Source of the DNA: Dipteris shenzhenensis
Taxonomy: Eukaryota
Direction: 5' to 3' (one strand)
NCBI GenBank assembly: GCA_047967505.1
Contig: CM106538.1
DNA: 64,000 nt
Part shown: one piece after another, positions 39,952 to 51,235 of the stretch
Layout: each line of letters begins with the position of its first letter
How positions within the stretch are numbered: the first letter of the stretch is position 1
The notes under the pieces: model-generated
The model's input: the letters and a program-made list of their open reading frames with translations, nothing else
Database searches by the model: none
What the model was told of the DNA's origin: nothing
Translations under genes and position numbers: made by a program

Positions 39952-42607
39952 TGTTGGGATATCTCAAGGTGTATGCCTCAGGCACACCTTATGTTTCTAT
40001 GTGTGAGTGCTAAAGGCACAGTTAGGTGCCCACAAGCACAGTTAGGTGGTGGAGAGCCACATAGGATGATTGAGAGAATCTAGGAGTAGATTGAGGAGAT
40101 GATTGTGGAGCTCTGAGGTCATCAGTGATGTCAGTGAGCATGTATGAGGTGCCTACTTAAGGACCTCACTCTTCTTCATTCTACAACCAAGTAATGCAAG
40201 TATTCTGAGTTTGTGTCCACTCTTTGCTTTCCTTTCAGCTTTCCAACATGGTATCAGAGCCATTTGATCCTCCTTGAGCCCATTTCTACCACATCATCAT
40301 CTTCTTCCTCTTCTTCTTCTTCACCATCTCTCCCTCTTCTTCCCAAAATTTGCTTAAGCCTGTTCTCCTCCGGTTCTTAGCCATTTCCCACGCCCTTCTA
40401 GCTGGAGATCCACCTTGTTGGGGCAAATTTCTGGCTGCAAGGAATTGAAGTATCTCCACCTCTGATGGTCGCCATTGTACGATTTTTATCGATTTCTCTT
40501 ACTGTGTTTTCTCTGCGCCTGCTCCTTCTTTCTCGAATTCCTTTTAGGGGAAGCTTCTTCATACCTTGGGCTACCTTGTGCTGAAATCTGAGCAGCAATG
40601 GCTGCATATTGAAGGAGAAAACAGAGAAAAACCAGTCGACTTTGTTGAAGGAAGAGAAGGCGACCTGACGCGTTTTTGCGCCTCTTCTTCCCAGAGGATC
40701 TACTATGGTATACCAGCTTTCTTTTGCCTCAGAAAGCCCCCTTTCTTTTGCTTTGAAGAGTGAGCTATAAGCCCTCCAAGTTCAGCTCTCTAGTTTTGAC
40801 AGTTTTGACAAGCTTTTGAAGATGATGCTACATAAAATGCTACTCTAGCATTTCTGGTCTTTTGAAGTTTTCACTAACTTCAGTACAAGTGTTGCTTCAG
40901 TTTTGTTTTGACTTGCTAGACCTGGTTTTGATTGGAAAGTGTTTATTTCACCCACTTCTATGAAGCATGTAAGAAGAAGCATCATTGTTTGAAATTTGGT
41001 CACTACTCTTTGCTACATCAAGTGCTCATATTTTGGAAGTCTTTCAGTTATTTTTGCCTTGTAAGAGAGATAGACACTGCCCAATATCTGGGTTAGACCC
41101 TCTCATGGCTACCATATTTAATCTTGAGAAGTTCAATGGAAAGGGCTTTCATACATGGCAAATGAAGGTGAAATTTGCATTGATGAGGGAGAACTTATGG
41201 GGACTTGTCAAACCGACTCCTACCGCTTCTTCTACGGCCTCCAATGCTGGAGAATCCTCAACTCTGACACGATCAGCAAGGGATCCAGCTAGAGAAGAAA
41301 AAGCATATGGTATCATTGCTCTTGCTTTAGGAGATGATTATATTCACCATATCTCTGACTTGGAGTCTCCTTCGGAAGCTTGGCAGAAGCTTGACATGAT
41401 TTTTGGTGCTAGCTCTCACATCTCTAAACTATCACTTAAAGTCTCTTTCTTTGAATTGAAGATGGCTAGTGGTACTACTTTAGCAGCTGATGTCAACTAT
41501 ATGCGGAGTCTTATGACTCAATTAGCTTCTATCAACTCTCCTATTACTCCAGATGATGCTATGGCAGTGTTACTTAAGAGTATGCCTGAAGATTATGATC
41601 ACATTGTTAGCACTTTGAAAAATCTTCCTAATCCTAATCTTGAAGGTATTATCTCTGCTCTCCAAGAAGAAGAAAGGCATATGGAGCTCAGGAAAGGCAA
41701 TGACACTGCTTATGCTGTAAAAGTCCAGAAGGGCAAGTATACCCCTTGCAATCACTGTGGAAAGACAAATCACCTTTCAAAGGACTGCTTCAAAATTAAT
41801 CCATGCAAGCACTGTGGCAAGAACAACCATAATGAGAAGTTTTGCAGAGCCAAAGCAAAGATAGAAAATGCAAATCTACTTACAGTTAATGAGCCTCCAC
41901 AAGATGAGGCATCCTTTGAAGATTATGCATTTTAAACATCTCTATGTATGCTCCAGATCTCTCTTTTTATGTCAAGGTACTCAGCCTGGATAGTCCTCCA
42001 AAATGAATGAAAATAAACTATTGTGTTTTGTGTGTGTTTTGTAAATACCTCTGGTCACCTTATGATGTAGGCCGTGTGTATGTTTTGTTCCATGGTACCT
42101 CCTGCAGACATTGTGTGCATGTACATGCAGGGGAGATAACCATTGGAAGGTATTTTTGTATCCCTTTTGTTTACCTTACACCCAAGGGAACCCTTGCTAG
42201 CATGAGAACCTAGCCATAGATTTATCCTTGACCACCATGAGATGGCATGAGAAACTATGAGACTAGATGTATCCTTGACATAGCCTGAGGCATTTCCTTG
42301 AGGGGGGGTTTGTTGGGATATCTCAAGGTGTATGCCTCAGGCACACCTTATGTTTCTATGTGTGAGTGCTAAAGGCACAGTTAGGTGCCCACAAGCACAG
42401 TTAGGTGGTGGAGAGCCACATAGGATGATTGAGAGAATCTAGGAGTAGATTGAGGAGATGATTGTGGAGCTCTGAGGTCATCAGTGATGTCAGTGAGCAT
42501 GTATGAGGTGCCTACTTAAGGACCTCACTCTTCTTCATTCTACAACCAAGTAATGCAAGTATTCTGAGTTTGTGTCCACTCTTTGCTTTCCTTTCAGCTT
42601 TCCAACA
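39952..42607 (+). mobile_element. Gag-only non-autonomous LTR retrotransposon (TR-GAG-like), very recent insertion
   Basis: 297-bp LTRs 39952-40248 and 42311-42607 with no difference seen. TSD TTCCG (39947-39951 and 42608-42612). Perfect PBS TGGTATCAGAGC at 40249-40260; PPT GAGGGGGGG at 42300. No PR, INT, RT or RH motifs. Confidence 0.92.
41105..41935 (+). CDS. Intact Copia-type Gag (276 aa) with two CCHC zinc knuckles
   Basis: MATIFNLEKFNGKGFHTWQMKVKFALMRENLWGLV (Copia gag N-terminus), LLKSMPEDYDHIV (UBN2-type core), CNHCGKTNHLSKDC and CKHCGKNNHNEKFC. Open frame to TAA. Confidence 0.9.
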   Translation: MATIFNLEKFNGKGFHTWQMKVKFALMRENLWGLVKPTPTASSTASNAGESSTLTRSARDPAREEKAYGIIALALGDDYIHHISDLESPSEAWQKLDMIFGASSHISKLSLKVSFFELKMASGTTLAADVNYMRSLMTQLASINSPITPDDAMAVLLKSMPEDYDHIVSTLKNLPNPNLEGIISALQEEERHMELRKGNDTAYAVKVQKGKYTPCNHCGKTNHLSKDCFKINPCKHCGKNNHNEKFCRAKAKIENANLLTVNEPPQDEASFEDYAF

Positions 42608-44469
42608 TTCCGATCCCTATCCAGTTGACAAACTTTTGTAGTCGACCCCAAGGACCACCCAAATTTGGCACTATGCTAGTACCCCAAGCACCTCCGCCTG
42701 CACTGCAGATGGCACTCACAAATGAAGTAATGAGGATGCTAGTGCAAGTAGTCATGGGGAGGGGTACTAATTCCTAAAGCAATCACCCAATCACAAGTAG
42801 TCATGGGGAGGGATACAAATGTCTCATGCAATCGCCCAATCACAATCTCTAACCTCATCACCTAGTTCTTAAGTGAGGGAGATCCCATCTCCCACGTTAA
42901 AAGGTTTGGGTAGATCTTTCGAGACATTAAACATGTTTGGGCTTAGCCTTGATGTCAAGGTAGGCCAATGGTATAGGGCCTTAGGGCCTAACAAAAAGAT
43001 GAACTAGGAGACTCTACAGAAGGACTTCATAGTGGGATTCACTCCTACATGCACAAAGTGAGGCCTGATTGAGACCCATTGTACAAAGTTAAATAAAAGG
43101 AGCATGAAACCCTTCGGGAATATATTGCTAGGATCTCTTAGATATGCTCAATGCCCCACCCTCCTGGCAACCACTAGTGGTCCAAGGTGCTCAAGTTCTT
43201 AGGCCCCATATGAGGAGAAGCCATGTGTGAGCCTCAGACATTGGATGGTGGATCCTGACTTGCATGTCAGATGAATCTATCAATGAGACCGTTGATGGTA
43301 GAAAGGTGATCTATGTGAGTCTAGCCTATGGGCTAGGCAAGGTAGGTAAGCTGGTAGCACAACGAGGCACATTGTGTGGGAGCCCTTGCTCTCGCTGGGG
43401 TCTAGGGAATATTCCTTGAATATTCCATGAACGACTAGTCGGTTCCACCGACTAGGTTGACTGATCGGCTCCACCAACTATGTTGATCCGAATACCACCC
43501 TCATAGCTATAAAGAGGCAACCTTCCCAATCCATTGTATTAGATCAGATCAGATCTTTCAGCAAAAATCTTCCAACTAGTAGCTCTTCACCTAGTATCTG
43601 TCTAGATTGCCATCTAAGCTCCACTATGGGAGCACATGGGTGGATGGAGCCATCATCTGTACCACATCAGTATTGAAGGAAAATTTTGCCCCTCTCCAGT
43701 TTGTGTGTACTCTCTATTCTTTGTTCAGTTTTCATTCCACTATACCGTGTAATTTAACATGGTATCACAGCCTAGGCAGCTCTAAGGATCAAAGAGTAGA
43801 AGAGAGGCGAGGTCTTCAACAGCATACGGAGTGATGGCATTAGGAAGTGGCTCGAGTTCAGTAGTTGCACCAACAATCCATGCGTTGAGGATTCGCCCTC
43901 CAGCCTTCACTAAAGGCAAGCTGGATGGTATGAACTACACTCTGTGGAAGTTTAAAATTACTGCTATTCAGGATTCATATGAGCTTCTAGAGACAGTACT
44001 GGGGACTGTGACCTAGAACCACAAGAAACCCTCGAGCCAGCAAATTCAAGGAGAATGATACCTCCTAATGCCAACCTTCTACGAGCTTGGAAACCTAGGA
44101 ATGTAGATGCTTTGTATGCCCTGGTTACAAAAATACTACTGATAGTGTTTTGACCTTGATTCAACATACATCTAAGGCATCTGTGGCCTGGAACATATTG
44201 AAGAGTCAGTATGAGATGCAAAATTAGACAAGGATCTAGAACTTGGAGAATCAGCTCGCAATTGAGAAGTTTAATGAAGGAGAGATAGCAGAGGCATTCA
44301 TAAACCGAATCAAAAATCTGCTTGACCAGATGGCTGGTGCTGGGATACAAAAGACTAGCAAAGAGCTAGCTCGATGGTGTCTCTGAATTTGTGCACCAAG
44401 GTTTGATGGACTAGTAACAGTGCAACCATTGAAATTTGAGGAGTTATGTGCTTCACTTATGGAGGAGGA

Positions 44470-47093
44470 TGACAAAACATGCGTGCCTCAGGATCTATGG
44501 AGCGCTCTAAGGTGGATGGAACCTATGTGGAGACATGATGTAGAGAGGGCTCATGACATGTATCTCAAGTCAATTAGGTTCCAAGATAGATTAGCTTGGA
44601 CTCATAAAGAGAATCTTGAGATAGTGCAAAGTGCTTGATTGATATTACTTCAAATGATCCTCCCTTTTATAGGTGAGGGTACTTACATCCATTTGCTTGC
44701 TCACATGTGGGATATCTCCTCCATGCCATGTGGCAGCTTATCCTTTGCTCATACCTTTTCTCTACATGTGCTCATGGCACCACAACTCTCAACACCTCCC
44801 CTTGGTGCCATGATCCTTTGGCTACTGCAAGGTGGTCAGATGTGAGTTACATTCCATCACCTCCCCTTAGTGCAAGCCTGCTACTTAAGGTGGTCAAGTG
44901 TGGCTTTTACATGTCAATACCTCCCCTGGGTGCTTTCATAGCTACTCTTAGGTGGTCAAGTTTGATTACAAACATATAGGCAAGGTTGGCAAGGTTTTTG
45001 TTTCTCAATACATTCCATTGATGTCAAATTTTGGCTCATGGCTTGATGACGATGGTGCTTGCTTCTTCGCTTGACATAGTTTGATGCATGATGCTTTGTT
45101 CTTCCATGTGCCTTGATGCTTTATGTGTGGATGCCATGCTTTCTGCTATGGTCATCTCATGCACTTATGCTTTTGGCATGCTTTGTCCATTCATGCTTTG
45201 CTTTTCCATTTGTTGCAAAGGTCTTACCAATTGATTTCTTTCAATATTGGTAGTGTCTAATTGCATACAATGATTCTGACGGACAGGCGCGTAGAGCTCA
45301 AAAAGAGGATCACTTTTCCTTTTTGGAGCGTGTGCAAATTCTTCCTGGATTGCAAGTTATGGCTTGTTGAATCTTTTGTGAAGAAAAGGGCCTTTGATGA
45401 TGTGGCACAGGGGCTGTTCATATGCAGCTTGCAAGACTGTGCTTAGCAAGGGTGCTGGGTGCTTAGGTGGCACTTTAACTAACCCCATAACCTAAATCTA
45501 ACCATGGTTTAGTGTGGGTTGAGTGGACCAGACTTGGGTTTACTTAACCAAACCAAACTAAGTTAAATTTAACCATAGTTAATTTTTATCCTGCCACGTG
45601 TCAATCTAAGGGAACCTTGGAAAAAGAAGATAGAAGATCTTTGAAGCTTCAACGACGACGGCGATGAAGAAGCTCAGGAGCTGCAGAGCTGGTTAGCTGA
45701 GGCGGAGCTACCGTGAGTCGCTGGCTGCAACTCTTGGCTGTTGATGGCCAAGAGCGTTTCGTTGTTGGGGAGCAGGTCGATGAAGCTTGGGCTTCGCTAT
45801 TCGGGCTGTTGCTGACCGGTCATCGGAGATGGCGCAGAGAGCTGCAGGAGCCTCAGGTTGGCTTTGTTGAGGGATGTAGGAGTGCTTGGGCACTGTTGGA
45901 GCAGAGGTCGTAGGCTTGAAGACTATGAGCAGAGCATGAGCTCCTGCTATTCCTTCCCGTGGCAGAAGGTTGTTCATTGGGATGGTCGTTTGTCGTTTCG
46001 TGGTGGCTATCCGTCTTGGAGCTTTGCTTGTTGATGGCCGATGCGGGTGCATTTTGTTGGAGCCAGTTGGCACGGCTGAAGCTCTGGAGCTAGCCCGTGT
46101 GCATGGAGCCGCCAAGAGATACTGTAGGAGGTCGGTTCAGTAGAGGTCATGCTACAGCATATGGAGCATCTTGCTCATTGGAAGCAGCTCGGTAAAGTGG
46201 CTCCGGGTCACTGGGACTGCAAAATTTGTGGCCTTTCTTGTTGTCTGTGAACAAGGCTCTAAGTCGAAGGCTCTGTGGGTCGTAGTTTGTAGAGCCGCGT
46301 CTCATCGACTGGGAGTCGTAGATCAGTGTAGGCGCTACTGGTAGGGGTAGCTTGCTGATGCAGAGTGGTCGCATGCGGACTGCCAGTCCGGGAGCTCTAA
46401 AGCTTAGAAGCTTTGGTCATAGTGCTTTGTCGAGCCTCTCCAGTCCTCTCTAAAACTGACAAAGGAGTCCGAGACTCTTGCTATTCTCTCTCGAAAAAAC
46501 ACTGAACTACTTTGCACTCTTTAAATTTCTCTCCTTTGAGAATTGAATCCCTCACAATGGATCTCTCTTACTCTCTCAATGACGGAATTCCCTCAATGCA
46601 ATGGAAGGAATCAATGGACGGAAATTTGCTCTCAATCTAAAACTAAAACTAACCTATGACAAAACACGTGCTCCTAAGACATGCCTACAACTAATCTAGA
46701 AATGGAAGCAATCCTAGTGAACTACTAATAAGCTAAACTAGGAGAGCTAAACCTATGCTCTGATACCATGACAAAACATGCGTGCCTTAGGATCTATGGA
46801 GCGCTCTAAGGTGGATGGAACCTATGTGGAGACATGATGTAGAGAGTGCTCATGACATGTATCTCAAGTCAATTAGGTTCCAAGATAGATTAGCTTGGAC
46901 TCATAAAGAGAATCTTGAGATAGTGCAAAGTGCTTGATTGATATTACTTCAAATGATCCTCCCTTTTATAGGTGAGGGTAATTACATCCATTTGCTTGCT
47001 CACATGTGGGATATCTCCTCCATGCCATGTGGCAGCTTATCCTTTGCTCATACCTTTGCTCTACATGTGCTCATGGCACCACAACTCTCAACA
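44470..47093 (-). mobile_element. Non-coding non-autonomous LTR element (TRIM/LARD-like) inserted in the Copia-3 gag
   Basis: 325-bp LTRs 44470-44794 and 46769-47093 (about four substitutions). TSD GAGGA (44465-44469 and 47094-47098). PBS revcomp GCTCTGATACCA at 46757-46768; PPT revcomp CCTCCCCTTGG at 44795. The ~2-kb interior has no recognisable retroelement protein. Confidence 0.9.
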
Positions 47094-50000
47094 GAGGAAT
47101 TGAGGCTTAAAGCTCGAGTCTATGGAGGTGGCAATGGGGATGCTGCGTTCTCTGCCACTGCAAATGGCAAAGGTGGTTCCTCCACCAAAGGTGAGTCCTC
47201 TACTAGTGGTGACAAAAAGAAGAAGGGCGACAAGAAGAAGTTTTAGGGAGAATTCTTCTGCTGCACGAAGAAGGGCCATGTGATTGCAGATTGCCAGGTC
47301 AAGAAAGTAGATGAAAAGAATGGTACCCTGAAGAAGATAGATAAGGGGAAAGAGACAGCTAACACAGAAAAAGCAAAGCTGGATCTGTTTCTAGCCATTG
47401 AGGAAGAGTGTTCCTGAGTTCAAGAAGCTTCAACTATTGATTCATGGGTGTTGGATAGTGGTGCCTCCTATCACACGACCTGGAAGAAGGGTCTATATTG
47501 TTCCTTGCAACCTCTATAGGAACCCATCACTGTGACGGTTAGAAATAATGCAAAATGCCGTGTTGAGGGTACAAATATGATTTCATTTGTTTTTGTAAAT
47601 GGAGATGTTAAGAAACTATCTAATGTGCTATATGTTCCACAACTCAAGAGAAATATGCTATCAGTTGCTTCCATAACTGACCTTGACCATGAGGTGAGGT
47701 TCAACAAGACAGGAGCAAAAATTTTGGATAGTGATGGCAATCTTGTTGGCACCGGATTAAGGAGGAACAACTTGTATGATCTAAGTGCTCTTACAACCAT
47801 CACTGGAGTGGGCACAAGCAGACTTTGGCACAAAAGATTCGGCCACATCAGATTTGTAGTGCTGAAGGAGATGCAGAAGCAAGGTATGGTTGCTCACTTA
47901 CCTGCAGTAGTAGAAATCAAAGAATCTTGTGAAGCTTGCATGATGGGCAAGAAACAGAGAAAGGCATTAACACAAGAAAGCAAGAATAGAGCAAACGCTC
48001 CTTTAGAGTTGGTGCATGTTGACTTGTGTGGTAAGATGGCATGGGGGGGATCTTCCTATTTTTTATTGACCATCGATGACTATAGCAGGAAAATGTGGGT
48101 GTACTTTCTTCGCAAAAAGGCTCAAGCTTTTGGTAAATTGAAAGAATGGCTATAACTTCTTGAAAATGAAATAGGGAGAAAAGTGAAAAACATAAGATCA
48201 AATGGTGGTGTGTGTTTGTTTCTATAGAGTTTGGAGATTTTTGCAAGAGCAAAGGGATCAAGCGACAAACGATGACATCGCATATGCCTCAGCAAAATTT
48301 TATTATTGAACGTCGAATGCAGACCATCGTGGAGATGGGGAGGTGTATGTTGAAAGGTGTTGGACTGCCAAACCACTTTTGGACTGAGGTTGTCAATACT
48401 GCGGCTTACATCCTTAATTGCAGCTATACAAAGGCACTCAAAGGTAAAACACCACATGAGGCTTACAGCGATAAGAAGCCATCTGTCTCCCAGTTCAGAA
48501 TGTTTGGGTGTGAATGCTATGCGCATGTACCAGATAAAGAGAGAAACAAATTACAACCAAAAAGCACCAAATGTATCTTCTTAGGCTATTATGATAAGAA
48601 GAAAGCCTATAAGTTGTATGACCGAGAGGCAAAGAAGATCATAGTGAGCTGCAATGTGGTGTTCAGGAGCAGCCACTAGTAGTGGAGGTAGAGAAGCTGT
48701 TCCACTTTATCATCAAGCAAAGAGGTAATTCACTATGGACCTGTCCCAAGAGCTATAAAGGAGGAGGAAATATTAGATGATGAAGGTATAAGTCACTAAC
48801 CTATTGTTACACCACCGAAAAAGCCATTGCCATGATGGGTAAGGTAGCTCTATGACCATGATTACCAAATGCCTACATTTGTTGAGCAGCATGCAGATGG
48901 ACCAAGGTGGTCTCAGAGAATCAAGGAGCAAAGGAGGGCTTCTACTCACATAGTCAATATGGCCTTGATGTGGCTGAGATTATTGCAAAAGTAAAGAAGT
49001 CCACAAGTTTGGAGGAAGCACTTGCAAACTAATATTGGAAAAATGCCATGCAAGTAGAATATGACAACATCATGAAGAATAAAAATTGGGAGCTGGTAGC
49101 TCGACCACCTAACAGAAGGGTTATTGGCACCAAGTGGGTTTGGAAGGTAAAGTACAAGGCCGATGGGACTTTGGAAAAGTACAAAGCCAGATTGGTTGCA
49201 CAAGGATTTTCACAGGTTGAAGGGTTTGATTTTTAGGAATCTTTCGCTCGGACGGCCAAAATGACCACTATTCGCACAGTACTATCAGTGGCTGCTCATA
49301 AAAAGTGGCAAGTTTATCAAATGGATGTTAAATCACCATTCTTGAATGGTGACCTCAAGGAGGAGGTGTACGTGACTCAGCCACTAGGGTTTGAGGCCCC
49401 CCATTCTAATAACAAGGTATGTAAGCTAAAGAAAGCACTGTACGGGCTGAAAAGGCCCCAAGATGATGGTACCAATGGATAGACAAATTCTTTCATAAAT
49501 TAAACTTCAAACGATGTGCCTCAAATGCTAACTTGTATGTGTACAGGAAGGTGGAAAATTTGGTATTATTGTTCTATATGTGGATGATCTCCTTATTATA
49601 GGTGACTATGAAGATATGATTCAATAGACTAGAAAGGCGTTGAGCACTAAGTTTGAGATGAAAAACTTAGGCTTGATACACTGTTGTTTGGGGATTCAAG
49701 TCTAGCAAGAGCCAGACAAGATCTTCATGTCTCAGCAAAATATGCAAGGGAGATCTTGAAGGTATTTGGTATGTCTGAGTGCAAGGAGATAGCTATAACT
49801 ATGGAGGTAAATCCGAGGTTATCTATGGAGGATGCCTCACTACTAGTAGACATTGGGAGGTACAGGAAGTTGCTCAGCAGTCTCATCTATCTATGCAACA
49901 CCAGACCGGCCATTAGTTTTGCTATTTGTGTTTTGAGTAGGTTCTCTAATAAGCCCTGGGAGAATCATTGGAATGTAGGGATGCGGGTGCTCAGGTATGT

Positions 50001-50570
50001 GAAGGGCACTCTTGATTATGGCATCACCTATGATACGAGCACTTCCTTGGCTGGTCATTGTGATTCGGATTGGGCTAGAGATGTTGATTCCAAGAAATTA
50101 GTTTCTAGATATTGTTTCTCTTTAGGTTTAGGTATCTTCTCTTGGATCAGTAAGAAACAACCAATAGTGGCATTGTCCTCTACTGAGGTTGAGTACAAGG
50201 CAGCATGTTTTGTTGCATGTGAACCAGTGTGGCTGAGGAGGATCTTATGGCACATGGGAGTGCAAGAGGATGAGGCAACTGTGTTGAAGTGCGACAATCA
50301 AAGTTGCATGGCCATTGCTAAAAATCTAGTGTTTTATGCGCACACAAAACATTCACTATGTGCGTGATTTGATTGAGGATGGGATAGTAGAATTGGTCTA
50401 CTATCCAACAGAGCAAAATGGAGCAGATATCTTCACCAAGGCACTTCGGAAGGATCAGCTTTAGGGTCATCTTCAGAGACTCGGCATTGGGCCAAGAAGG
50501 TAGTTCACCTACTAGTGGACATTAAGGGGGGGTGTTAGGTATGCTCAATGCCCCACCCTCCTATCCAAGG

Positions 50571-51235
50571 TGTTAAATTATATGATGCAGCAACACAAAA
50601 ACTGAACAAAGAATAGAGAGTACACAGCAAACTGGAGATGAAAAAAATTTTCCTTCAATACTAATGTAGTACAAATGATGGCTCCATCCACCCATGTGCT
50701 CCCACAGTGGAGCTTAGATGGCAATCTAAACATATACTAGAAGAAGAGCTACTAGTTGGAAAATTTGATCTAATCTGAACTCATCTAATACAACAGACTG
50801 TGGAGGTCGCCTCTTTATAGCTATGAGGGTGGTAGTTGGATCAATGTAGTCGGTGGAATCGACCAGTCAACCTAGTTGATGGAGCTGACTAGTCAACTTG
50901 TCGGTGGAATCGACTAGTCGTCCATGGAATATTCACTATATTGTCACCTCGGGGGCTCTCGCCCCCAAACCCCCACTAGGGGGGCTGCTGGCCCCCCTGG
51001 GACCCCTTAGTTGGGGCTAATTGGCCCGCAGACCCCAGTGAGAGCAAGGGGCTCCCACAAAATCACCTTTCTACCATCAACAGTCTCATTGATAGACCTC
51101 ATCTGACATACAAGTTAGGATCCATCTAGTGTCCTGGGCTCACACATGGCTTCTCCTCATATGGGGGCCTTACAACTTGAGCACCTTGGACCACTGGTGG
51201 TTACCAGAAGGGTGGGGCATTGAGCATATCTAACA
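50571..51235 (-). mobile_element. Solo LTR of the Copia-3 family inserted antisense into the Copia-3 3' LTR
   Basis: Starts TGTTAAATTA (revcomp of the LTR end) and ends GCATATCTAACA (revcomp of the LTR start). TSD CAAGG (50566-50570 and 51236-51240). Confidence 0.92.

Noticed and set aside
39952-40248. Hammerhead ribozyme (retrozyme) in the short LTRs: CTGATGA occurs on the minus strand near 40119-40125
   Set aside because: No stem II followed by GAAA and no compatible cleavage-site pairing. The 325-bp LTRs of the non-coding element lack the core altogether.
40985-41104. 40-aa N-terminal extension of the gag ORF
   Set aside because: The ORF track starts at a TTG. Gag similarity begins at the ATG at 41105.
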